DNA of 64,000 nucleotides. It comes from Anaerolineae bacterium. Lineage in GTDB: Bacteria > Chloroflexota > Anaerolineae > S140-20. Both the position numbers and the translations under genes were made by a program. Under the pieces are notes generated by a model. That model was not told the DNA's origin and ran no database searches. It was given only the letters and a program-made list of their open reading frames with translations. This document shows, one piece after another, positions 49,996-57,937 of this stretch (position 1 is its first letter; every line of letters starts with the position of its first letter). The DNA lies in the NCBI GenBank assembly GCA_027021705.1, contig JALUTT010000181.1, positions 11,784 to 75,783 of the forward strand, given 5' to 3'.

Positions 49996-52900
49996 TTATC
50001 CCATCACCACATACGGATACGGCTCCACGTCCCCGATGATGCTCCGCAGCCCCTCCCGTACCTCCGGATCCTCGATGTCCGGCGCCTCTTCCGGCAAAGT
50101 GATGAGCCGGGCCACCCAGCGGTAGAAGGGCGTTTTGTCCTGGGCCTCTTCCGCCAGGGTGAGGAAGATGTTGGCCTGGGCCTCCGGGCTCCACCCCGTC
50201 CAGCCGTACAAATCCCGATTGACGCCGTCGAAGCGGAAGAAGCGCTCGTGGAGGACGTCTACCTTCTTGGGCTTGCGGCCCACCAGCACTTTCTCCTCGT
50301 CGAAAGGGATGGGCCGGCAGTCCCAGTCCATGCACTCGCGCACGAACTGCTCCGCCGAAATGGGCCGGCCGCCGTAGTAGACCGCCCGCAGGGGCTCGAA
50401 CTTGGGGTTTCGCGCCAGAATACCGGCGACCTCTGCCGGGGTGAGCGGCCGCTCCCGCAACGGCGGCTGGGCGGCGAAGATGTCTTCGATGAGGTCGCAG
50501 ATGTAGTCGCGGATTTCGAACTGCATCTCTTTATGCCAATCGAAATCGTGAAGGAGATCCGAGGATTCCCAATCTGCTAATGCCGAGACGACCTCCTCTT
50601 CAAGTTGATAAATGTCTCGCACGCAGCCATCGACTTCTCTTTGTAGTTCCACCCACCTTTGAGCAAGTTGCTCAAGATTGCCGCGATATGCTTGCTGGCG
50701 AGTTTGTAAGTCGGCTAGTGACTCGAAATGCACGTCTCGTATCAGGTGATACGGATGTAACGCGTTGATCTGCTCCACGAGGCTTGTCATTTCTTGTGAA
50801 AGTGCTATCAGTGTCTCGGCTGCAGTTCCATCTGGCACTGGGATCGGGAACCCTTTGATGTGATGGCCATAGATGTCGAAATACTGCTGGCGCACCCGGC
50901 TTGCCGTTCTCGCCACGTAGAAAGCAAACAAAGACGAATTCATCAACGCTGCCAAATGGAAAGTAAGTTCCCCTTCATCCAATTTCGGGTACGCAACCTG
51001 GGCTGGATGATCCACCAAGAATCGGCCTATACTGTCACCGAAGGCATGTGGGCGCAACACCACGCTGGGCCAGGCAATCTTCGGCACGCCCAGGCGGGCG
51101 TTGGTCTGATGGAGCCGGAAAAAGGGGATGCCAGCGTCCTTGTAAGTCATCCGTTCCCAGGTGGCTCGCGCCCAAAGATATTCCTTGTACCTCAGTAGGT
51201 AACGGTAAGCGTTGGGATACCGTTCGGCGAAATCGGCGATAAGTTCGCCTGTCTCCTTATCATGGGTGTAAAGCACATACGTCTGCTCCTTCTTCCGGTT
51301 CCCGTGCCAAGTGACGGTCCAGTTGCGGATGTTCTTCCCCCGCAGGCAGGGGATGCAGATTTCCCGCTCCAGCTTGTTCCGGCGGATGAAGCTCTCCGTG
51401 ATGTAGTCGCAGAAGACCGGGTCGGCGTTGGTCATGAAGTCCACACCGATGCGCGCGTAGTCGGCCAGGGTCTTGTCGGAGGCGGCCCGGATTTTGCCCA
51501 GCAGGTCGCGGGCGCTGCGGCGCAGGGTCCAGGGATGAGAGCGGAAGTGCTCCTGCCGCTCCCAATAGTGACCGGCATAGTCCTTGAAGACGGCACCCCC
51601 TCCCCGGCCCTCCCACCCCCCTCCGGCTCCCCCCTGAGAGGGGGGAGTGAGCAGGCAGTGCAGGGCGGCCCATGTCTCCTCTCGCGTCCGGCCCGCCGGC
51701 TGGTAGGTGGCCAGCACCTCCACCGGCGCATCGGCGGGCACGGGGGCATCGTCCTCCGGCCGCTGCACCACGATGAGGGCGGGGTAGGCGCCGGCCTCGA
51801 AGACCTGGGCGTCGGTCAGGTCGGCGAAGAAGAGCAGGCGGTAACGCTCGCCCGCCAGCAGCGCGGCCAGCTTCTTGCCATAGGCCTGCTTGGCGAACTT
51901 GCCGCTGGTGATGTAGCCCAGGTAGCCACCGGGCACCAGCAGTTCCAGCCCCCGTTCGACAAAGGGTACCGAGAGGTCAAAGTTGCCACTGGCTGTCTTG
52001 TAGTTTGTGCGCAGGTACTGGACGAAGTCCACCCGCTCCCAACTGCCGTTCACCGGTGCGACCACCTCGGCCCCCTGACGGTGGATGCGCACGTAGGGCG
52101 GGTTGGCGTTGACCACGTGGAAGCCCTTGGCCAGGGCGTCCCGCAGGTCCACCCGCAGGTGGGTTAGCTCCCGGCCGTACCAGCGGGCCACAGGGTCCGT
52201 CTCCCGGCGGGGCGGCCGGCCCCACTCGAAGGTGGGCAGCGTTTCCTGCTGCGGCGGCTTGATCAGGCTGTTGGCCGTGTAGACGTTGAAGGTGATGTCC
52301 TCGCCCCACTTTGAGACCCCCCTCCGGCTCCCCCCTACAAGGGGGGAGGGAGAGGCCAGGCGAACGCCTTCCAGGAAGAGGCGGAAGAGGGTGATGCGGG
52401 TGGCGAACTCGGAGATGTCCACGCCGAAGAGGTTGTTCTCCACGATGCGCTCGAAGCGCTCCAGGGGCGTCAGGTCCGGGTCCTCGCGGGCCAGGTGCGC
52501 GTCCAGGCGGCGGTAGGCACGCACCAGGAAGTGGCCGGTGCCGCAGGCGGGGTCCAGGTAGCGCAGCTCGTACACGCCGAACTCCCACACCGCCGGCTCC
52601 AGGGTGCGCTCCAGCAGGAAGTCAATGATGAAGTCAGGGGTCGTGTAGTAGCCCAGCCGCTTGCGCTCCTCGGCGTCCATCAGGTGCTCGTAGAGGTCGC
52701 CCAGGGCGCGGGTATCCATCTCCCGCAGGGCGGGCAGATGGCCCACGGTGTCCAGCAGGTCGCGGGCCACCTCGTCGGAGGGCGGGATGAGCTCGTAGCC
52801 GGTCTCCTTGAAGAGGTCGTAGGCCACGGGCAGGTAGGCCAGGTCGCGCACCGCGTACTCCAGGTAGTCGGCCCAGGTGAGGCGGGGCGCCAGGTCGCGC

Positions 52901-53316
52901 AGGGTGCGGAAGATGTCCCCGCGCAGGGCCACTTTGCGGGCCGGGGGCGGGAAGAGGCCGTAGTCCTCGGCCACCTTCAGGAAGAGGGCCTTGAGGACGT
53001 AGACGGTGGCCGCGGTGTGGACATACTGCGGCTCGTTGACGGCCACACCCTGTTGGCGGGAGAGTTCCTCGCACCGCGCGGCGACCTCCCGTTGCAGCGT
53101 CGCGTCCCCGCGGAGGGTGCGGGCCAGGTCGGCCTCCAGCCGGCGGTGCAGCGGCTTCAGGCGGGTCACCAGGTCGTTTAAGGCGGGGGATGGCAGAGTG
53201 AGTTCCGGTTGCCGTGCCCGGCGCCCACCCCGGGCTCCCTGCCCCTTGCGGCCGCGGGAACGGCGCTGTCGGCCCTTCTTCTCGGGAACAGGGTTGCCGA
53301 AAAGGTCCCGGTCCAT
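49996..53316 (-). CDS. pglX: PglX-like adenine DNA methyltransferase (Eco57I/type IIG-like architecture)
   Basis: LGDLYE, YYTTPDFI, YLDPACGTGHF, FGVDI, VNANPPY, then a TRD region. Start placed at ATG 53316 (53385 also possible). Confidence 0.85.
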   Translation of the reverse strand: MDRDLFGNPVPEKKGRQRRSRGRKGQGARGGRRARQPELTLPSPALNDLVTRLKPLHRRLEADLARTLRGDATLQREVAARCEELSRQQGVAVNEPQYVHTAATVYVLKALFLKVAEDYGLFPPPARKVALRGDIFRTLRDLAPRLTWADYLEYAVRDLAYLPVAYDLFKETGYELIPPSDEVARDLLDTVGHLPALREMDTRALGDLYEHLMDAEERKRLGYYTTPDFIIDFLLERTLEPAVWEFGVYELRYLDPACGTGHFLVRAYRRLDAHLAREDPDLTPLERFERIVENNLFGVDISEFATRITLFRLFLEGVRLASPSPLVGGSRRGVSKWGEDITFNVYTANSLIKPPQQETLPTFEWGRPPRRETDPVARWYGRELTHLRVDLRDALAKGFHVVNANPPYVRIHRQGAEVVAPVNGSWERVDFVQYLRTNYKTASGNFDLSVPFVERGLELLVPGGYLGYITSGKFAKQAYGKKLAALLAGERYRLLFFADLTDAQVFEAGAYPALIVVQRPEDDAPVPADAPVEVLATYQPAGRTREETWAALHCLLTPPSQGGAGGGWEGRGGGAVFKDYAGHYWERQEHFRSHPWTLRRSARDLLGKIRAASDKTLADYARIGVDFMTNADPVFCDYITESFIRRNKLEREICIPCLRGKNIRNWTVTWHGNRKKEQTYVLYTHDKETGELIADFAERYPNAYRYLLRYKEYLWARATWERMTYKDAGIPFFRLHQTNARLGVPKIAWPSVVLRPHAFGDSIGRFLVDHPAQVAYPKLDEGELTFHLAALMNSSLFAFYVARTASRVRQQYFDIYGHHIKGFPIPVPDGTAAETLIALSQEMTSLVEQINALHPYHLIRDVHFESLADLQTRQQAYRGNLEQLAQRWVELQREVDGCVRDIYQLEEEVVSALADWESSDLLHDFDWHKEMQFEIRDYICDLIEDIFAAQPPLRERPLTPAEVAGILARNPKFEPLRAVYYGGRPISAEQFVRECMDWDCRPIPFDEEKVLVGRKPKKVDVLHERFFRFDGVNRDLYGWTGWSPEAQANIFLTLAEEAQDKTPFYRWVARLITLPEEAPDIEDPEVREGLRSIIGDVEPYPYVVMG

Positions 53317-53403
53317 GGTCACACCGCCCCCTTCAAGCGCTTGATTTCCGGCTTGAGCGCCTTCGCCAGGGAGACCATTAGACATAACCGCTCTTCCCCT
53401 ACA

Positions 53404-53616
53404 CTACCGTTCATGCAGGTCCTCTCGGCACCAGGTGCGTCTGCCAAGCACAGGACCTAGCTCGAGCCAATGCTCGATGAACGCCCGTTCCTCTTCCCAG
53501 ACCCGCAACTTAGACCCGAGGGAGCGTAAGGCATGGGGATGTTGCTCAATAGCATAACGAATGCTCTCGGCTTCTTTCTCGTGATTGCCGGGCGTTGTCC
53601 TTGCATCGTTGGTCAT
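53404..53616 (-). CDS. Small hypothetical protein, possibly an orphan antitoxin remnant
   Basis: 70 aa ending RTWCREDLHER; starts 5 nt after the upstream stop. Confidence 0.4.
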   Translation of the reverse strand: MTNDARTTPGNHEKEAESIRYAIEQHPHALRSLGSKLRVWEEERAFIEHWLELGPVLGRRTWCREDLHER

Positions 53617-53620
53617 TGCT

Positions 53621-54106
53621 TCATCGCTCCCAATCGAGTTCCAACACCGTGCAGTTGTCCGTCGGATAGACCGGCCCATCTTCCAGCAGGCGCAGGCCGC
53701 CGGCCACCCGGGCCGCTTTCACCGAAACGACGATTACCCCCTCGCCACTGAGGGGATACAGCAGCGCAGAGGGGTTGAGGTCGGGGAAGGCGTACAGTAC
53801 CTCTGTGTCGCACACCACCGCGGGGGAGGTCTCCTGGGCACGCTTCACCAGGACGCCGGCCAGAGCCTTGCCCACCGCCCCCAGCCGGCCCTCCCGCTCG
53901 GCCTGGACCAGCCGCTCCCAGCGGTCGCCGAAGCGCTCCACCAGCAGCCCCATCACCGAGATGGGGTCCGCGTCCAAGGCGTGGGCTATCCGGCGCGCCG
54001 GGTCAACGGGAGTGTAGCTCACCGGCAAATGTAGGTAGATCAGGTTCGTGACTCGCGGATGCTCCACCCGCCGGCGGATTTCGGCGATGGCTTGATCGAG
54101 TTGCAT
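53621..54106 (-). CDS. BrxF/BrxB-like degenerate P-loop accessory protein
   Basis: 161 aa; VVCDTEVLY...LNPSALLYPLS...IVVSV resembles the BrxF pattern as I recall it; no Walker A; lies next to the brxA-like gene. Confidence 0.55.
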   Translation of the reverse strand: MQLDQAIAEIRRRVEHPRVTNLIYLHLPVSYTPVDPARRIAHALDADPISVMGLLVERFGDRWERLVQAEREGRLGAVGKALAGVLVKRAQETSPAVVCDTEVLYAFPDLNPSALLYPLSGEGVIVVSVKAARVAGGLRLLEDGPVYPTDNCTVLELDWER

Positions 54107-54122
54107 GGCGCTCTACGACTCC

Positions 54123-54920
54123 TTACCTCCTCAACGCGCGAATCAAGCTCCCTGTGTCCCCGTACACCAGGCGCACGTACTGTTCCCCGGCGAAGCTTTC
54201 GAACTCTAGCGCACCGCGACGAGCACCTTCACTCAGCAGCGCCGGCACATCGTCCGGCCGCAGCAAGAGTCGCCGGGTGAGACGGGCCTCGTGGATGACA
54301 TAGGACTCGGACCGTTTGCGGTGGCCGTTGTCTTCCAGCTCCCGGTACAGGCCGTACAGCCAGGCCTGCCAGGTGGGCCGATGGTAGGTGTAACGCCAGG
54401 TGCCCTGAAAGTCGCTGCCCCTACGGTGAACCAGACCAGCTTGGACGAGCAAGTAGCGGAGCTTATCGCGGGTTACGCGACGGGTGCGCTCCGAGAGCTC
54501 CGGCAGGCGCTCGGCCACGAAGGCGTCTATCTCCGCCGAGGTCAACTCGTGTAGCTCATCACCGAAAAGAGATATCTGCTCTCGTCCCAGTCGAGGGTAC
54601 ATTACCGTGCAGACGAACTCATCCAGCAGGGCCAGATGGCGGCAGCGCTCCAGATGCAGGATCTCCCGCCGCACCTGGGGGTCGGGGAAGGCGTGCCAGG
54701 CCAGGACGACCGGCTCCTCCTGCGGCCGGCCCCTGTCCAGGTACCAGCGCCGGAATGCCTTGAGCGCATTGCGCCGGCTGACCACGGAGGGTGCCGACAG
54801 TCGGTCCCGCGCCATGTCCCACAGTTGCTGCGGATCGGCCGCCTGGCGGGCAGCCTCCATCAGGGTGCTCAGGTCGGCCTCGGAGATCAGGTGGGTGATG
54901 CTCTGGTAGCGCGTCGTCAC
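54123..54920 (-). CDS. BrxA-like (DUF1819) protein
   Basis: LLDEFVCTVMYPR, EIDAFV...LSERTRRVTRDKLRYLLVQAGLV pattern; GTGA-coupled to the upstream gene. Confidence 0.65.
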   Translation of the reverse strand: MTTRYQSITHLISEADLSTLMEAARQAADPQQLWDMARDRLSAPSVVSRRNALKAFRRWYLDRGRPQEEPVVLAWHAFPDPQVRREILHLERCRHLALLDEFVCTVMYPRLGREQISLFGDELHELTSAEIDAFVAERLPELSERTRRVTRDKLRYLLVQAGLVHRRGSDFQGTWRYTYHRPTWQAWLYGLYRELEDNGHRKRSESYVIHEARLTRRLLLRPDDVPALLSEGARRGALEFESFAGEQYVRLVYGDTGSLIRALRR

Positions 54921-55645
54921 AGGTGGATGACCTCCCTGGCGTTGATCACCTGGCTGAGATCGGACGGCAGCCACTCCACCGGCCGGTAGACCAACGCGGC
55001 ATCGAAGGTCTCACGGCTCAGGGCCTCATAGTCCGTGGCCGAGATAGGAACGATCCGGCCTGCCGGCAGGGTGAGTTGCCGGGTCAGCAGAACCAAGGCC
55101 CAGGCGGCCAGCATCTCGGCTTCCGTGCCGTCCACAAAGAGGCGCAGATTATGGGCCGGGTCCAGGAAACCGTATGTCCCGCAGAGCAGCAGGCTGGGGT
55201 ATCCGCAGCCGTTGGGCAGCTCGGCGATGAGGGATGAGCGGTCGAAAGCGTCCCCCTGCAGGGCGGCTTCGTTCAGCGGCGTAAGCTGGATGCCCAGGGT
55301 CGCGGCGCCCCGGCGATAGAGCTCGCGGGGCGACAACCCGGTCAGGTCCAGGGATTGGAGCCGCTGCAACTCTTGTTCCCAGGCGCGTTCATCCAGCGCC
55401 CGCAGCTCGTTGTGCGCCGTAAGGTCCCGAAAGGCGGCAAAGAGATGTGGGTTGGCCCGCGCACCGTCTCGGACCGCCAGCTCGAAGAGGTCCAAGTCAC
55501 GCAGGTAAGGCATCACGCCGTGCCAGGCAGAAAAACCCGCTTGCACGAAGCGTTGTGGTACGAGCTCTATCTGCTCCAGGTAGCGCAAGGCCAACAGTGT
55601 AAACGAAACAACGTGTCCTGCCGCCGGGCTCTCAAGGGGCCGCAC
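54917..55645 (-). CDS. Hypothetical protein, first gene of the BREX-like operon
   Basis: Long ORF coupled to the brxA-like gene; GTG 55645 has a GAGGG RBS (ORF open from 55687). Confidence 0.7.
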   Translation of the reverse strand: MRPLESPAAGHVVSFTLLALRYLEQIELVPQRFVQAGFSAWHGVMPYLRDLDLFELAVRDGARANPHLFAAFRDLTAHNELRALDERAWEQELQRLQSLDLTGLSPRELYRRGAATLGIQLTPLNEAALQGDAFDRSSLIAELPNGCGYPSLLLCGTYGFLDPAHNLRLFVDGTEAEMLAAWALVLLTRQLTLPAGRIVPISATDYEALSRETFDAALVYRPVEWLPSDLSQVINAREVIHL

Positions 55646-55698
55646 GATACCCTCACCCAATATGATGGTTGCGGAAGCTAGATGCACCTGTTAGGCAA

Positions 55699-55727
55699 AG
55701 TATAACGCATTCGCCGGATACTCTCAA
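55699..55727 (-). promoter_or_regulatory. Sigma70-like promoter of the defence operon
   Basis: TTGAGA-17 bp-TATACT on the minus strand. Confidence 0.6.
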
Positions 55728-55777
55728 GGACGAACGGTGGAAACCAGGGCTTTTCGGTGCCCTAACCCTTGCGGGGG

Positions 55778-55872
55778 CCCTCCCGCCGGTTCCCCTCACG
55801 ACCCGAAGCACGCCACAGGCAGCCTCCAATGAGCCATTGCCGTCGCCGGGCATCGCAGGACCTGCGGGAGAG
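55778..55872. repeat. 95-bp palindromic element, right flank of the defence island
   Basis: CCCTCCCGCCGGT...ACCTGCGGGAGAG. Confidence 0.75.
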
Positions 55873-56128
55873 TAACAATCCCATTATAATACGCCACACC
55901 CGGGAAGACAATAGCCAACTGGACTTCTCGCTACCAGTCCGGTCATCGTCGTGGGGGGTGAACTGCGCCGGGCACTCAAAAACGTCCCGGAGGCCGGTGC
56001 GTAAGGCCTCCGGGAAGGGCACTTCGAGGATGCACAAGCCGCAGTCGAGCGCGGAGAGGAGATCACCGCCTCAATTCGATCCGGCGGGCCTCGACCCCCG
56101 CGGCAAGGTCAGGAGGATGGGCACTCGC

Positions 56129-57937
56129 CTACCGCAGGACCAGGGGCAGGTAGACGGTGTGAGGGAGATCGTTGTAGAGGGCGATGACGGCCTCGTAGTC
56201 GGCGATGGTGGCGTAGCCGTTGGGGTTGGGGTTGGCATAGAGCTCCGACTCGAAGGCCCACATCAGCCCCAGGAAGCCGTTGGCCTGCATCCGTTGGGCT
56301 GACAGGCGCAGCTTCGTCGCGTCGTCCTGGCCGCTGTTCTCCCCCCAGACGGCCATCCCCCGGCTCTGGGCCAGGTAGGCGATCCAGCGGGCAGCGCTCC
56401 AGCCACTGGGATAGGGCGACGTATCGTCCACCAGGTGGGCCGCCGGCTCGTCTATCCCCGTCAGGTAGAGGGCAATCTTCTGCGTCGTGGTCAGCCCGGC
56501 GACGTGCCGATCGTAGACGGCAGCAGCGTAGAGCGCACTCGTCTCCTCGCTCCAACCATCCCCCCGCAGGTCGTTGGTCAAGGCGTCGGTCACCTGGTTG
56601 GGCAGCAGCCCCTTGCCCGCGTAGAGCACGTCCAGTTGACCGCCGTAGTACTTGCGGATCTCGGCGATCTGCCAGTTCTGGTAGTCGGTGAGCTTCTGGA
56701 CGTACCAGTCGTAGAAAGCCAGGGGCACGGCGATCTCCCGGTCCTGGTGGTTCGTCTCCCCCTCCCGCTCCAGCCAGAGGTCGTCAAAGAAGTAGGTGCC
56801 GGGCTGGTGACCGTCCATCTCCACCTTGAGGTACTGGGTGGTGGCGGAGAGGGCCAGCGTGCCGGTGAGGTAGGTCCAGGCGGTAGCGTTGGTCTCCAGG
56901 ACACCGAAGGGGGCCCCGGCCACCGGCTGGAAGCCGGCGTCGTACTGGTTGAAGAAGACCCGCGCCCGCCCCACCCCGTCGGCCGACCGGAGCCAGCCGC
57001 CGAGGCGGTAGGTCGTGCCGGGCGAGACGCGCACGAACTGGTGGATCCGATGGGGCGTGCTGATGGTGAGCTGAAGGGCCCGGCTCCCCCCGTGAGGGTT
57101 GGTCGTCGTCAGCGTTGCCGTGATCTCGTCGTCGGGCGACCAGCCGGGGATGGCGAAGTAGCCGTGGGTCTGCTCGAAGCCGGGGTTGACCAGGAGCTGG
57201 CCCCGCCCCACCGAGCCGGGGTTGGGGTCAATGCCGGGCCGCCAGCCGACGACCTGGGCCGGGATGCCCGACTCCGCCGGGTTCTGGGCGTGGCTATCGA
57301 AGGCCCAGTAGGCGTTGGTGTGGCCGTTCCAGTCGGGCGGCGGGTAGCGGAGCTCCCCCTGGATCCCCCCGCCCACCCGCACCGAGTCGAAGCTGGAGGG
57401 GTCGAAGTCCTGGAAGATGCGGGCGATGTAACCGGCGATGAGGGCCCGGGCCTGGGGGTTGAAGGGGGCATTGATGACCCGGTGGCTGCCCAGCGTCGCC
57501 GGGTCGGGGTCATACCGCTCGCCATACTGGTTGACGTAGTAGACGTCGGGATACTTGGTGAAGACCCAGTCGGGCACGTAGTGGTAGCCAGGCACCAACT
57601 GCACGTACCAGCCCTGGGCCTTGAGCCGGGCCAGGGACTGCTTCATAAAGTTGATGTAGGCGGTGTCGTAGACGCCCTCCTGGGGCTCGTAGAGCCGCCA
57701 CTGCAACTCGAAGGTGGTCGCCCGCACGCCCCGCGCCCACTCGTCGTCGTAGTGGAGCCCGTCGTCGTTGATGACGCCGAAGAGGTAGCGGCCCTGAGCC
57801 CCCAACGGGCCGATACCCCCTATTTCCCTAGGTTCAGGCCCCTGAGGAGCCTGCGAATTCCCTATCGCCACCGCAGATCCAACCATTCCCACCAATGCCA
57901 ACACCAGAACAACCGGTAGCAACCACCATCGGCTCAT
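56129..57937 (-). CDS. Secreted glycoside hydrolase (GH42/GH-A-like) with an inserted CBM4/9-like domain and C-terminal YLPLV motif
   Basis: Signal peptide MSRWWLLPVVLV; WRLYEPQEGVYD, VPDWV, GELRYP, WGEN; LVNPGFE...FFDD carbohydrate-binding module; ATGA-coupled start at 57937. Confidence 0.75.
   Translation of the reverse strand: MSRWWLLPVVLVLALVGMVGSAVAIGNSQAPQGPEPREIGGIGPLGAQGRYLFGVINDDGLHYDDEWARGVRATTFELQWRLYEPQEGVYDTAYINFMKQSLARLKAQGWYVQLVPGYHYVPDWVFTKYPDVYYVNQYGERYDPDPATLGSHRVINAPFNPQARALIAGYIARIFQDFDPSSFDSVRVGGGIQGELRYPPPDWNGHTNAYWAFDSHAQNPAESGIPAQVVGWRPGIDPNPGSVGRGQLLVNPGFEQTHGYFAIPGWSPDDEITATLTTTNPHGGSRALQLTISTPHRIHQFVRVSPGTTYRLGGWLRSADGVGRARVFFNQYDAGFQPVAGAPFGVLETNATAWTYLTGTLALSATTQYLKVEMDGHQPGTYFFDDLWLEREGETNHQDREIAVPLAFYDWYVQKLTDYQNWQIAEIRKYYGGQLDVLYAGKGLLPNQVTDALTNDLRGDGWSEETSALYAAAVYDRHVAGLTTTQKIALYLTGIDEPAAHLVDDTSPYPSGWSAARWIAYLAQSRGMAVWGENSGQDDATKLRLSAQRMQANGFLGLMWAFESELYANPNPNGYATIADYEAVIALYNDLPHTVYLPLVLR

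Noticed and set aside
32450..56110. Integrase/att-defined genomic island or prophage
   Set aside because: No recombinase, tRNA, phage genes or exact att repeats were seen; only the diverged 95-bp elements flank the region.
55880..56110. Small gene between the hydrolase and the island
   Set aside because: Several short overlapping ORFs, none with a convincing start or motif.
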